Shown: piece by piece, positions 28,771 to 42,558 of the stretch | Layout of the letters: every line of letters begins with the position of its first letter | How positions within the stretch are numbered: the first letter of the stretch is position 1 | Assembly: GCF_009914755.1 (NCBI RefSeq) | Contig: NC_060927.1 | Strand: one strand, 5' to 3' | Origin: the human T2T-CHM13v2.0 reference genome, Homo sapiens | DNA: 64,000 nt | Translations under genes and position numbers: made by a program | The notes under the pieces: model-generated | The model's input: only the letters and a program-made list of their open reading frames with translations | Told to the model about the DNA's origin: nothing | The model's database searches: none

Positions 28771-29472
28771 AGATAGCATGTTCCAGTTTAGGAGAACATG
28801 ATCCAAGTTAAAAAGGATATCATGGATGGTAAGGATTATGTCCTCATTCACCAAAACTCATAATTTTCTGACCAAAAGTAACCCTTTGACCCTTGAAGAG
28901 GTGGTTTCTGAACAACAACTTCAAATTCCTGTCAATACCTATTTATCAAACGTCTAGTCAGCTAGCACTGCGTCGGGGAAGTGTGGGGGTCAGGAGATGT
29001 TTGCATGTGCTTGGGAAGGATGGGTGTGGAGCTGTATATTAGGAGCATGAGGTCAATAGTGGAGCAGCATCTTCTCTTCCACAATCATCCCTGGCCCAGC
29101 TGGGAAGCATTTTGGATGGAAGCGCTTGCGTCATTTTAGGGAGCCCCCATCCCCACCCCAGTGCACACAGAGTTCTCGTTTCAACCCCTCCACCTTCCAC
29201 CTTTGGCTTTCCATCTCAGACAGGGATGATGGAGCACCCAAGACTCCAGGCATATGACAATTTCCTTTTGAAAAAAAATTTGCCTAGGTGCTTCTTTAGG
29301 TAAAACGTGGAATGACTGTGAAAAACGCTATTAGACAGTTCATTTTCAAAAACAAGATTCTCCTTGATCTAGGAGGACCAATGAGAGATAAATACATTTA
29401 AAAAATATTTTTCCTTGATACAGTTTTAGTCATGCAGGTTTATATGGGAAGATATGGTCAAGGGATAACTTT

Positions 29473-29742
29473 TTTTTTTTTTTTGAGAAGGAGTCTCACT
29501 CTGTCACCCAGGCAGGGGTGCAGTGGCGTGATCTCAGTTCACTGCAACCTCCACCTCCTGGGTTCAAGTGATTCTCCTACCTCAGCCTCCCAAGCAGCTG
29601 GGATTATAGGCACCTGCCACCACACCCAGCTAATTTTTGTATTTTCAGTACAGACAGGGTTTCGCCATGTTGGTCATGCTGAACCACCCACCTTGGCCTC
29701 CCAAAGTGCTGGGATTACAGGTGTGAGCCACTGCGCCCAGCC
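29473..29742 (-). mobile_element. AluS (small internal deletion)
   Basis: Poly(T) followed by Alu reverse complement; TSD AGGGATAACTTT. Confidence 0.9.
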
Positions 29743-29917
29743 CAGGGATAACTTTAATAAGGTTATCCTGCATAAACTTGTTAGTATATCCAGTAGAAGA
29801 ATAGGACCTTTGGAAATTATAGAGCTGGGTTCAAGTCCCAGCTCCATCTCTTCTTAGCTAAGTGACCTTGGGCAAGTTATATGGCCTCAATTTCTTTACC
29901 TATAAAGAAAGAATGAC

Positions 29918-30200
29918 GGCCGGGCGCAGTGGCTCATGCCTGTAAATCCCAGCACTTTGGGAGGCTGAGGTGGGTGGATCACTTGAGGTCAGAAGTTCAA
30001 GACAAGCCTGATCAACATGGTGAAACCCCGTCTCTATGAAAAATACAAAAATTAGCCAGGAACGGTGGCACACGCCTGTAATCCCAGTTACTCCGGAGGC
30101 TGAGGCACGAGAATCACTTGAACCCAGGAGACGGAAGTTGCGGTGAGCCGACACCACGCCACTGCACTCCAGCCTGGGCGACACAGCGAGACAGTGAGAG
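29918..30200 (+). mobile_element. AluSx-like
   Basis: GGCCGGGCGCAGTGGCTCA start; full dimer. Confidence 0.9.
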
Positions 30201-30315
30201 CAAGAAAGGAAGGTGGGGGGAGGGAGGGAGGGAGGAAGGAAGGAAGGGAGGGAGAGAGGGAGGGAGGAAGGAAGGAAGGAGAGGGAGAGAGAAAGAGAGA
30301 GAGAAAGAAATAAAA
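30200..30315 (+). repeat. (GGGA/GGAA/GA)n purine-rich simple repeat at the Alu tail
   Basis: Direct reading. Confidence 0.9.
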
Positions 30316-30969
30316 TAGCTTTTTTAAAAAAAAACTTTAAAAAGAAAGTACTAAACCAGTGATGCACCTATTCTGAGAATGTTATGGTTGATTGCTATGA
30401 AGATTAAAAGTTAGTATATATAAAGTATACTGCATGGGGGCTGGAAAATAGTAAATACAGTCATAAATGTGTGACCTCTGAAGACCCCAACAGAATGTCT
30501 GGCATGTAACCAGTATTCAGGGAATATTTGTTGGGAGAAAAATGCATTCAATTAAATTTTGCCCCATTTCTTGTCCAGTGATGAAAGCCCTTCGCAAAAA
30601 TAAGAATAATACCTGGAGATATTACTATATACCAGATACACTACTGATACATTACTACATGCTGGATAATGTTACATACTGTATATGTACTAATTTAACC
30701 CTCTCAGTAGCCTATCTTACAGAAATAAAACTGAGGCATGAGGAGGTTAACTAACTCATTCAAGGTCTCACAGCCAGAATGTTGACACAGCAGTGATTCA
30801 ACCCCAAGGCGTCTGAAATCTGGGCCTCTAATATCAGGCCTCTGATAACTGGCCTCACAGTGTTTTAGCTTCCAACAGCAGATGAAATAAAACCAGTACA
30901 AACTAAGAAATTTTGAGAATAAGCAGATTTCCAACAAAGAAACTTTAAAAAGCCTTTTATGTTGGGTAC

Positions 30970-31131
30970 CTCTTCTAGTGTAGAGTTCTGCTTGGCGACA
31001 TTTTTAAATTCATCCCAAAATAATTTTTTTAGTTTATCTATTTCCCCATAAAGTTTGGTCCACTCTTGCTCTTTCCATTTATCAAATTCTTTCTTAGCTT
31101 CTATTTCCCTCTGATGAATGAGCTCTGCTTC
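30970..31131 (-). CDS. DZIP1L: DZIP1L exon 5: EAELIHQREIEAKKEFDKW...NSTLEE
   Basis: TTTTTAG acceptor and GTAC donor; 162 nt; hand translation. Confidence 0.93.
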
Positions 31132-31319
31132 CTAAAAAGAAGAGCAAGAACAATATGATGATTAATTCCACATTACAGCAAATATTTACTAAGAACCTAC
31201 TTAGGCCTCCTTGTCTATGCAAGTCACTATGGAGACCCAAAGAGCATTCATCCCACAGTTCCCATTGTTTGGACTTGGGAGGACCAGTCTAAGCCTACTA
31301 AGTCTGCTACTTCTAAGCA

Positions 31320-32963
31320 TCTTCAGAAGTAGTAGATTCCTTCTCAAGAAACTACTTTATTTGCTCATCCATAAGAAGCAACTACTGAACCATTAGTTTT
31401 ATCATGAGGTTGCAGCAATTCAGTCCCATCTTCAGGCTCCACTTCTAAGTCTAGTTCTCTTGCTATTTCCACCACATCTGCAGTGGCTTCCTCCACTGAA
31501 GTCTTGAATCCCTCAAAGTCATCCACGATGGCTAGAATCAATTTCATCCAAACTCCTGTTAATGTTAATATTTTGACCTCCTCCAAAGAATCACACATTT
31601 TCTTAATGGCATCCAGAATGGCAAATCCTTTCCAAAAGGTTTTCAATTTACTTTGCTCAGATCCATCAGAGGAATCACTATCTATGACAGCTATAACCTT
31701 ACAAAATGTATTTCTTAAATAATAAAACTTGGAAGTCAAAATTACTCCTTGATACATGGGCTGCAGAATGGATATTGTGTTAACAGGCTTGAAAACAACA
31801 CAAATCTCCTTGTACATCTCCACCAGAGCTTTTAGGTGACCAGGAACATTGTCAATGAGCAGTAATTATTTTGAAAAGAATCTTTTTTTTAGCAGTAGAT
31901 CTCAACAGTGGGCTTAAAATATTCAGTAAACCATAGCTGTGCTGTCATCCGGACTTTCTTGTTCCATTTTTAGAGCACAGGTAGAGTAGAGCTAGCATAA
32001 TTCTTAAGGGCCCTAGAATTTTCACAGTGGCAAATGAGCATTGGCTTCAACTTAAAGCCACCAGCTGTATTAGACCCTAAAAAGAGAATCATCCTGTTCT
32101 TTGAAAGTGTGAAGCCAGGCTATAAAAGTTCTAGATGGCTTATTCCTATAGAAGGTTGTTTTTTCTACACTGAAAATCTGTTTAGTACAGTCACCTTCAT
32201 CAATTATCTTAGCTAGATCTCCAAGATAACTTGCTGCAGCTTCTACATTAGCACTTGCTGCTTCACATTGCACTTTCATTGTTATGGAGATGGCTTCTTT
32301 CCTTAAACCTATGAACCAATCTCTTTTAGCTTTCAACTGTTCTTCTGCAGCTTCTTCACTTCTCTCAGCCTTCATAGAAGTGAAGAGAGTTAGGTCCTTG
32401 CTTTGGATTAGGCTTTGGCTTAAGGGAATTTTGTGGCCGGTTTGATCTTCTATCCAGACCACTAAAACTTTCTCCATCTCAGTAATAAGGCTGTTTCACT
32501 TTCTTATCATTTGTGTGGTCAGTGGAGTAGTGCTTTGAATTTCCTTCAAATTTCCTTTGTATTCATAACTTGGCTGTTTGGCACAAGAGGCCTGCCTCTC
32601 AGCCCATCTCAGCTTTCGACATGCCTTCATCACTAAACTTAATCATTTCTACCTTTTGATTTAAAGTGAGAGATGTTTAAGTTTGCCATCTTATATGAAT
32701 AGTTTGTGGCACCCCAAAACAATTACAATAGTAACATCAAAGATCATTGATCACAGATCACCATAACAGATATAATAATAATGAAAAAGTTTGAAATATT
32801 GTGAGAATTACCAAAATGTGATACATAGACATGAAGTGAGCACATACTGTTGGAAAATGATGCTGATAAACTTGCTCAACACAGGGTTGACACAAACCTT
32901 CAATGTGCAAACAATACAATGTCTGTGAAGCACACAAAACACACAAAAAAAGAAGTATGCCTG
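31320..32963 (-). mobile_element. Tigger1 DNA transposon, decayed, with transposase remnants
   Basis: TIR CAGGCATAC next to TA at 32964-32965; pogo-type transposase fragments in ORFs 32070..32477 (CENP-B HTH region) and 31365..31823 (DDE C-terminal region). Confidence 0.9.
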
Positions 32964-33448
32964 TATTTGTCACAATACCAACTATGCAGCTGGTGCTCAA
33001 TAAATGCATGCTGAGGGGATGAATAATGAAGGGATGAGCAGGGCAACTTCATGTATTTTCATTCTACAAACATATACTGAGCATTGTCTCTGGGCTGGGT
33101 TCTGGAGCTTTCAGAATCAAACCCAGTCTTTGTCCACAAAAAGTTAACTAACAGCATTGTGTACGAAGCTAAAATTCAGGTTCAAATGCCCTCAGAGGGT
33201 GCTGACTAATGCAGGAAACTGCATCTCTCTGCTCTACTTTCGTCCACATAAGTCTGGCAAAAACAATTCAATTTTCCTTTCCAGGCTACCTAAAATCATT
33301 TGCCATGTCCAAGAAGGCACTATCCCAGCTCTGACTCCCAGCTCTGGGAAACTAGCTGGAATTTTTGCCCTGTGGGATTCATGTGCATCAAGGGTCTCCT
33401 GGGTAGTCCATGACCCAAGTCTCCCTGATGTTTTCTCTCCCTGCCCAC

Positions 33449-33570
33449 CTGGAGCTGCCGCTGCCTCTCCGCCTCCCTCTGGGCTTCCAGCTCCCCTTGG
33501 GTCCACTTTAGCTTGGCCCGTAGCTCTTCTAACACCTCTTCCACTGGCTGTTCCTGTTTCTTCTGTTTTC
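33449..33570 (-). CDS. DZIP1L: DZIP1L exon 4: (G)KQKKQEQPVEEVLEELRAK...RQLQ
   Basis: AG/GT boundaries, 122 nt; lies in ORF 33320..33637. Confidence 0.95.
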
Positions 33571-34085
33571 CTGTGGGGTCCACGCAAAGACAGGTGACCA
33601 GTTTAAGTCCAAAAATCAAGGGAGTGTAGTTTCTCACCTTGTCAATCAGCCATACCTCGGTCTCAAACCAGCTTCGCTACTTAGTACGTTGACATTGGGC
33701 AAAGAACATAACCTCCCTGTCCCTCTGTTTCCCCAAACTGGAAAATAGAGATAACAATAGCACCTAACTCAGAGGGCTGCTGTGAGGATGAAATGTGAGA
33801 ATGCAAAGTGCTTAGCATAGTGTCTGGCACGACAGCTCAAAAAATGTGAATTACTATTGTACTGTCACTTAAAATAAGTATTTTGACAGTACTGACACGT
33901 GGAAATAGAAATTTAAAATTACTATAGTAACAGAACAGAATATCAAATAGCATGTACACCAATTATCAATACAAAGAACATATCCATGTATCCTGACAGT
34001 AATCAGAGAGAATTTTAAAGTAATAAAAATCTGTAGTTTTAAGTTCACTTTTTTCAATAATGTAAGTGTATAGTTGTAAATTTCA

Positions 34086-34449
<364 letters not shown>

Positions 34450-35484
34450 TTAAATTGTTTAAGTGAACAAAAAGATTCAGAATGAATTATAAAAAACATC
34501 CTAACTAAACCACATACTGACGATAAAGCAAGAGTTAAGGGTCAAAAAAGAATACAATTATTCTTGAACATTTGTTACTTTTTAAAGCATATTTAGTGAT
34601 TACTAGATAAATCATACTGTTATTAAAATTCTAAGCCTTTTCCTTGAAAAGAGATGTGGCGTTTCTCAGGTTGGACATTTTACAAACAAACAATTTTTAG
34701 TTGCAGTAGAAATTAATTTGGTTTAATAACATGATTTGAGGCGACTGTGGAATAGGAGAGCTGGGCATCTGGGAAGTCAGCTGCCTGTGAATAAAGAGGC
34801 CATGACCATTAATATAGCAAAAGTGATCTTAAGAACACATTTCTCTCTCCTTACAGCACTTTACGTTAAGGAAATAAGAGATATGCTCAAAGATCTACAT
34901 GCAAGAATATCAATCATCATGTGATTTATAATAAATAAATGTTGGGGTAAGCCATATATTCAACAGGAGGAAATTGTGAAATAAATTATGATAGCCACTT
35001 AATGAAATACTATTCAGCCATTAAAAAATCACATTTTCAAAGATAATTTAATGACATTGGAAAATAAGACATATTCTTAAATGAAAATAAGCAATAGTCA
35101 AAGCGCACATTATATGATTATATATGTCTACGGAAAAACAATGACAGAGAATACACCAAAATATTAACTGCTGGTGATACCATCCATGGTTTTTATTTTC
35201 TCTTTTCTACTTTCCTATATTTAAATTTTCTATACCAGAGACATATTTTTATTCAAAAAAAATTTAAGGCATGGAAAATTTATTTTTCCTTAGCCTCCAA
35301 TGCAGAACTAAAAAGAATTAGATATACACTAAATACATAGTTTTAGGTAAGTGGTACTTTTTTTTTATGAAAAGAGAATTTGAATGATGGAAAATAGGAG
35401 GAAAAGTTTTACTTAATGGCATTTTTACATCTATATTTTGTGTTTTAACAAATATTTCTTGTTGAACCTCAAAAAGTGAATATA

Positions 35485-35795
35485 GGTTGGGTGCAGTGGC
35501 TCATGCCTGTAATCTCAGCACTTTGGGAGACCAAAGCAGGCAGATCACTTGAGCCCAGGAATTTGAGACCAGACTGGCCAACACAGTGAGACCTCATCTC
35601 TATGAAAAATTTTTAAAATTAGCCAGGTATGGTGGTGCGTGCCTGCAGTCCCAGCTACTCAGGAGGCTGAGGTACGGGGATTGCTTGAGCCCAGGAGGTG
35701 GAGGCTGCAATGGAGCCGAGATCAAGCCACTGCACTCCACCCTGGGTGACAGAGTGAGACCCTGTCTCAAAAAAAAAAAAAGAAAAGAAAAGAAA
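35485..35795 (+). mobile_element. AluJ
   Basis: Full dimer; TSD AAAAGTGAAT(A/G)TA. Confidence 0.9.
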
Positions 35796-36349
35796 AGTGA
35801 ATGTAAAATATGCAAATCTCTTTATGGGGAAAACATACAGCCTTGCTCCTCATTTTGGAATCTGAAATTGTAAAATTAAAGTGATTAGATCATGATAAGC
35901 TCAAGTATGTAGAAAAGTCAAAGAACTGGTCTGACTGCCCATTCACCCCATTTAGGCTTATTCGTGGCTGGCATCAGGGAACTGCAGATTCGCAGAAGGC
36001 TGGAAGGTAAGAGCCCTTCAAAGTCACTCCATCTGACTGCCCCATTCACAGTGAAGGCCACTGAGACACAAAGGGGAAAGCATGGACCGGGGTTACATAA
36101 TAAATAGCGACAGAGCTAAGAGTGAAATCTACCTGTCTGACTCCCAGCCCTTCTTTACACGTGGGGTCAGAAACCCTTCCAACCCATGTGGGCTCCCCCG
36201 GTGGTGGATGGTGGGATCATCCCATCCCCAATTGGACAGTGAGGTTCTGAGAGCAGTTTTGGGTGCTATAGGTGGTCACCACCCACTGAATACCAGCCCC
36301 AGCCCTTTCCACAGTCCCAGAAGGGGCCCGGGCTGCTGTCTGGACTCAC

Positions 36350-36434
36350 CACCTTCTGCCACGCCTGCATGCCTGCGCTGGATGTGGCCCCGGAGAAAGG
36401 TGGCATTCATGAATGTCTTGTCACACAGGTGGCA
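36350..36434 (-). CDS. DZIP1L: DZIP1L exon 3: CHLCDKTFMNATFLRGHIQRRHAGVAEG(G), C2H2 zinc finger
   Basis: C-x2-C-x12-H-x4-H motif; TAG acceptor and GTGAGT donor; 85 nt. Confidence 0.95.
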
Positions 36435-37450
36435 CTATACAGAGAGGAAGCAATGGGGAGTACAAGATTAGGTCACCTGAGTCAGCCTGGGATTTTCCCT
36501 ATATCAAAGCCCCCATCCCCTTGGGACCCCTGGGCTGCTTCAGAAATAAAGAATTTAATTTACTGAGCAAGGCAATGATGTCAGCCCATGCTGCCCACTA
36601 GGATCACCGGAGCTTTAAAATACTACCAGTGTCCCGGGAAACTGTCAACACTGGATATTTGATGATACTAAGGAATTTCTGTTGCTTTTTCAGAGTGTGA
36701 TGATGGTGTTTGTCTATGTTTAAAAGTCAGAGTCTTTCTCTTTTAGAGATACAAATAGAGACATTGAAATACTACAAATAAAATCATAATACTAATATGC
36801 TTCAAAATAATCCAGAAGTGAGGGAAAGTGGGCAGGGGAAGAGATGCAACAACACTGCCCATGGGTTGATACTGTTAGTGTGTAGATAAAGGTTCATTAT
36901 ATTATTCTCTCTACTATTGTACATGTTTGAAATTTTCCATAATAAAAAGTTTTTAAAATATGCCAATGTCTAGGTCCCATCCCAGGGTGGAGAAACACCA
37001 GAGGCAGAGAGGTTAGCAAATAAACAGCATCTGTAATTCCACATCCCTCTCCTAAGACATTTTAGACATAAGCAATCTATCACATCGTCTTCTCACTGTA
37101 AAATTTCAGAATTCTTCTCAACACAGCTTTGGAGGCTGCCATTGTTAGTTAATCCATAGGCAGATTATTTGCTATCTTTGCAGACAATTGTGACAGGAAT
37201 TGCCAGTTGTCCCCCAATACCCATTTTCCCTTTCTTCCTTGGTAATAGTAAGTCTGTGGCCAATGAGAATAAACACTCTATGTCCCAACCTTCCTAGCAA
37301 CCAGGTGTGTCCACAGGACTTACTACTAAAAGGGTTCTGACCCTTTTAATCATAAACATCATATCAATTATATCAATTTGTTATCAATTAATAATATATC
37401 ATAACGATTCCTTCTGTCCCACTGTGATATTGTGATACAATAAGAATGTA

Positions 37451-37728
37451 GGCTGGGCACAGTGGCTCACACTTAAAATCCTAGAACTTTGGGAGGCTGA
37501 GGTGGGCGGATCACTTGAGCCCAGGAGTTCGAGACCAGCCCGGGCAACCTGGAGAAACCCTGTCTCTAAAAAAATTAGACAAACATGGTGGTAGGTGACT
37601 GTAGTCCTAACTACTCAGGAGGCTGAGGTGGGAGGATCACCTGAGCCTGGGAGGTTAAGGCTGTGGTGAGCCATGATCAGACTGCAGCCTGGATGACAGA
37701 GTGAGACCCTGTCTCAAAAAATAAAAAA
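37451..37728 (+). mobile_element. AluJ
   Basis: Alu dimer; TSD AAGAATGTA. Confidence 0.9.
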
Positions 37729-37789
37729 GAATGTATATTTGGTCTTTGTTCCTTCCTAGTTTCTGGCAAGGAGGTCCTAAAACACTTAC

Positions 37790-38010
37790 AACAAGCTGGT
37801 TCAACCTGCAGCCAATAGGCCACATGTGGCCCAGAACAGCTCTGAATGCAGTCCAACACAAATTTGTAAACTTACATTATGAGATTTTTTTAGGAATTTT
37901 TTTTTTTAGCTCATCAGCTATCATTAATGTTAGTGTATTTTATGTGTGGCCCAAAACAATTCTTCTTCTTCCAATGTGGCCCAAGGAAGCCAAAAGATTG
38001 GACACACCTA
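37790..38010 (-). mobile_element. MER30 (hAT-Charlie MITE)
   Basis: Minus strand reads GTGTCCAATCTTTTGGCTTCCTTGGGCCACATTGGAAGAAGAAGAATTG. Confidence 0.8.
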
Positions 38011-38114
38011 ACTTACAATCTTCAGAGTGATAAGGGCAGTAAAGCACCTTTTGTAATAATATTTGGTCTTAGAGATTCTGAGATCCTTGGAATCTCCAGA
38101 GTAATAAGAGTGTC

Positions 38115-38529
38115 TACTATTGTTTGAATGTTTGTCCCTTCCAAATCTCATGTTGAAATTTAATCTCCAGTGTGGCAGTGTTGAGAGGTGGGGCCCAGTG
38201 GGAGGTATCTGGGTCATGGGGCAGATCCCTCATATATAGATTAATGCCCTCCCTTGGGGGTGAGGGAGTTCTCATTCTTATTAGTTTGACAGAGCTGGTT
38301 GTTAGAAAGAGCCTGGCATTCCTCTCCCCTTACTTCCTCTCTTGCAATGAGCTCTGGACAGGCCAGCTCCCCTTCACCTTCCACCAGGAGTGAAAGCAGC
38401 CAGAGGCCCTCATCAGGTGCCCAGTCTTGAACCTTCCAGCCAGCAGAACTGTGAGTCAAATAACCTCTTTTCTTTATAAATTATCCAGCTTCGGTATTCC
38501 TTTATTGCAACACTAAACTTACTAAGACA
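38115..38529 (+). mobile_element. MST (ERVL-MaLR) solo LTR
   Basis: TTTGAATGTTTGTCCCTTCCAAATCTCATGTTGAAAT start and CTAAGACA end. Confidence 0.8.
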
Positions 38530-39574
38530 GTGTTTTTTGTATGCTAATGAAAGGACTGTTGGCTGGGCACCTTCTGCCCCACCCCGCAAATGACTTTCTG
38601 GTGACCAACCCCCATCCTTTTTTTTTTTTTGGCTCATCAGCTCTCATTACGATTAAGATGCCGGGCTCAGGTAATCCTCCCAGGATGGGGGTTGGTCACC
38701 AGAAAGACCAAGGCATGGGTAGAGGGTTGGAACTTTCAGCCCCACCCTCCAGCCTCCAGGGAGGGAAGAGGGGCTGGACTACTAAGCAATGGCCAATGAT
38801 TTAATCAATTATGCATGCTTGGTGGAATCTTATAAAACCCCTAAATGATGGGATTTAGAGAATTTCCAGATTGGTAAACACTAAGGTGCTAGGAGATGTC
38901 ACACTCAGAAAGGGCAGGGAAGTTCCGAGTCCCTTCTCCCATACCTTGTCCTCTCTTGTCCTCAAGTGCATCTCTTCCATTTGACTGTTCTGACTTCTAT
39001 CCTTATAATAAACTAGTAATAAAGTGTCTTCTTCCTGAGTTCTGTGAGCCATTCTAGCAAATTATTGAACCTCAAGATGGAGTTATGGGAACCCTCAATT
39101 TGTAGCCAGTTAGTCAGAAGTACAGGAGGCCCAGGTATCTGAAGTGGGGCCAGTCTTGTGGGACTGATCCCTTAACTCATGGGATCTGATGCTAACTCCA
39201 GGTAGATAGTGTCAGAATTGAATTGAAGGGCACCCAGGTGGCATTGGAGAATTGGTTGGTGTGAGGAAGAAAAACACACATTTGGTGTCAGAAGTGTTAT
39301 AAGCAGAAATAGGTAACCCATCCATCCGTAAACTATGAATGTCTTAAAAACCTGAACCAGCATGATTTGTGCCCACATCCTCAGAGCCTGGCACAGGGCC
39401 TAGCCACCATGACAATTTTTATTAAAGGGCAAATGTCCCTAATCCATACTTCCATGGAGACACATGCAAACGCTCCATGTTGCTTTGGGAAATGAACTGT
39501 CACTTGGTTGAATAATGGAGTCAGTATTCCAGAATAGGCCTGGCTCCACCAATCCCTTGTCACACGTAGATTCA

Positions 39575-39810
39575 ACACATGCACACACAAACCCCTCACA
39601 CACACCTTTACACAACACACTCCTCTACATACACATACAAATCCTCCATCATATATAAATATGCACGCACTCACACCCTCTATAAATACACCCTTAGACA
39701 CATATACATCCTTCTTCTACATACTCATCCTTACATACACTCTCCATAAGTACAAACACACACTCTTACACACATATATACCCTTCATTCATTCACACAC
39801 ACACAAACAC
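39575..39810 (+). repeat. Degenerate CA/TA-rich low-complexity tract (continues at 41595-41870)
   Basis: Direct reading; the tract is split by the KRT8 retrocopy. Confidence 0.8.
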
Positions 39811-39812
39811 TA

Positions 39813-41584
39813 TTTTTTTTTTTTGGCAGAGATAGCTGAGGTTTTATTTTGGACCAAAAAAAAAAAGCAATTGAATTGTTTTGTAGCTGGAGGCATGGGC
39901 AAGGGGGGTCCCTAGGCAGTAAACTCCCCCGCAGGTGGGTTGAGGGCTAGGGCTGAGCCTCAGGTGGGTCTCCCGTTCCCTGTGCTACCCTGCACAGCAG
40001 CCTCCCCCGCTGGGCTCTGGGGCAGCCGCAGGAGGGGCAGGCTGGGAGGGGCTGCCACAGCTGTTCACTTGGGCAGGACGTCAGAGGACTCGGACACCAG
40101 CTTCCCATCGCAAGTCTCTATCTTCTTCACAACCACAGTGGCCCTGGTGGAGCTGGTGCGGCTGAAGGAGCTGGAGCCTGCGCCAGAGCCAAAGCTGGAG
40201 CCCAGGCCGTAGCTGAGGCCAGGGCTTGTGAGGCCCCCATAGGCCGAGCTCAGACCACCTGCATAGCCGCTGGTGGTCTTTGTATGGATACTTGTGTTCT
40301 GCATCTCAGACTCCAGCCGGCTTTCCTTGCCCTCCAGCAGCTTCCTATAGGTGGCGATCTTGATGTCCAGGGCCAGCTTGACATTCATCAGCTCCTGATA
40401 CTCACGCAGCTGCCGCTCCATGTCCTGCTTGGCCCGCTGCAGGGCGCCCTCCAGCTCGGACAGCTTGGCGTTGGCATCCTTAATGGCCAGCTCCCCACGT
40501 TGCTCGGCATCTGCGATGCCCTCTGGCCTTTGAGGCCCTCAATCTCAGCCTGGAGCCGGCTGATGTTCTGGTTCATCTCAGAGATCTCAGTCTTTGTATG
40601 CTGCAGGTCATCTCCATGCTTCCCAGCCAGCATCTGCAGCTCCTCATACTTGATCTGGTACATGCTCTCAGCCTCAGCCCAGCTGCAGTTGGCGATCTCC
40701 TTGTACTGTGCCTTGACCTCAGCGATGATGCTGTCCATGTCCAGGGAGTGACTGTTGTCCATGGACAGCACCACAGGCGTGTCCGAGATCTGGGACTGCA
40801 GCTCCCGGATCTCCTCTTCATACAGCTGCCTGAGGAAGTTGATCTCGTCAGTCAGCCCTTCCAGGCGAGACTCCAGCTCTACCTTATTCATGTAAGCTTC
40901 ATCCACATCTTTCTCGATGAAGGCAAATTTATTCTCCATCTTTGTATGCTTATTGATCTCATCCTCATACTTGTTCTCGAAGTCCTCCACCCAGCCCCTG
41001 CATGTTGCCAAGCTCTGCCTTCAGCTTCAGCTTCTCCTGGCCCAGAGTCTCCAGCTGCTGCCTAAGGTTGTTGATGTAGCTCTGAACATGTTGTCCATGT
41101 TAACTCTGAGCCGTCTTCTGCTGCTGCAGGAGGCTCCAGTTGGTCTCCAGCATCTTGTTCTGCTGCTCCAGGAACCATACCTTGTCTATGAAGGAGGCAA
41201 ACTTGTTGTTGAGGGTCTTGATCTGCTCCTTCTCCTGGGTGCACATGGCCTGAATGTTGGGGTCCACCTCCAGGTTAAGGGGGCTCAGCAGGCTCTGGTT
41301 GACAGTGATGGCAGTGATGCCTCCCATGCCACTGGCCCCACCATAGCCTCCGCCCAGGTCACCCCGGAAGCTGCTGCTGCCCACTCAGGAGAAGCTCAAG
41401 GAGCTGATGCCAGCACTGGGCCCACTCATGTAGAAGCAGCTGCTGAAGACCTGGGGGCCAGAGGTGGGCACCTTGTAGGACTTCTGGGTCACCCTGATGA
41501 ACATGGTGGAAGCAGGAGTGGAGGCAGGTGGGCTGAACCAGGCGGAGATTCCAGAAGGAGCAGAGAAGCTGCTTCTTGGTCACT
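39813..41584 (-). pseudogene. KRT8P: Processed keratin-8 pseudogene (probably KRT8P36)
   Basis: Intronless KRT8-like sequence: ATG at 41504, rod-domain fragments in ORFs 41100..41384, 40388..41011 and 40065..40421 (ending [11 protein letters not shown]) broken by frameshifts; AATAAA at 39843-39848; poly(A) at 39813-39824; TSD AACACTATT. Confidence 0.95.
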
Positions 41585-42057
41585 AACACTATTAATACAC
41601 CTTTTTATACATGCTCCAGAGTTGTATCCTTTATAACATAGTACAAGCACACATTACACACCACACACCCTACATACACACAGAGGTACCCTTCAAGTAT
41701 TCACACACACACACACACATTAAACACACACACATGTTCACATCATTTACAAACACACACACTCGCCATACATTCATGCATATACATACACTAGACATGT
41801 ACCCTCTCCATAAACACGCACACCTCCCACACATGTACAATCTACACACACATACACACACACACACACTGTAGAACCTAATGAGACACCCCCAGGCTCT
41901 CTGGCCATGAGCAGCATCTCTGAAATCTGCTCCTAACCAGTGAGAACAGCCCCCCAGCAGCCTTAAGGTCCCAGCAGTGCTGCCCAGTGGCAACAGTTGC
42001 CCCAGTGGCTGGGGCACACAGCCCTCCCACTCTCCCTGCCTGGTGGAGATTCCTCAC

Positions 42058-42558
42058 CGTGTGGTAGCTGTGGGTGCCTGTCTGCATTAGCAGCTGCTGC
42101 AGGGTGCTGATCATCTTGCGACGCCGGCGGCTCTCCTCCCGCACACCCTTGAGCTCGTCAGCCTGGCGTCCCAGCTCCTGCTGACCACGCTGCTGCTGGC
42201 CCAGGCTGGTCTGCAGCCGTGCCTCCAGCTGGGCAACACTGGCACTCAGGCAATCCTGGCAGTGCAGCAGGTACTCAATGATGAGCTGCGCCAGGCGCAG
42301 CACCTTGAGCAGTGCCGGGTCCACAGGCTGCCCACAGCGGCTGCACACCTCCCGGTCCAAGTTGCAGAAGGTGATGCCAGCAATATTCTCCTGCAGAGTG
42401 GCCACATCCAGTTCCCGGGCCACGCGGTCTACATCCAGGGTGCTAATGCGTCTCCAGTCCATGCTATCATGGCGAGGCTGAAACTTGAAGGTGGGGAACG
42501 TGTAGGCCCCAAAGAGGGGGCCACTGAGGCCCTCAGCAGTGGCAGCTGGGGACTGCAT
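42058..42558 (-). CDS. DZIP1L: DZIP1L exon 2 coding part: MQSPAATAEG...GTHSYHT (Dzip-like N-terminal domain); exon begins at 42639
   Basis: ORF 41878..42813 contains the DZIP1L N-terminus; TTTTCCAG acceptor just before 42639; GTGAG donor; 501 nt of CDS. Confidence 0.96.

Larger units (their letters stand above)
37423..39300 (+). mobile_element. MER21-like LTR interrupted by AluJ, MER30 and an MST LTR
   Basis: TGTGATATTGTGATA start; GGTCACCAGAAAGACCAAGGCATG...GGAACTTTCAGCCCCACC core; CATTTGGTGTCAGAAGTG end. Confidence 0.7.

Noticed and set aside
31365-32477. Transposase ORFs as a domesticated TIGD-like gene
   Set aside because: Fragmented by stops, frameshifts and deletions; an ordinary Tigger1 fossil.
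40284-41636. Long plus-strand ORFs (up to 239 aa)
   Set aside because: Antisense shadows of keratin coding sequence.
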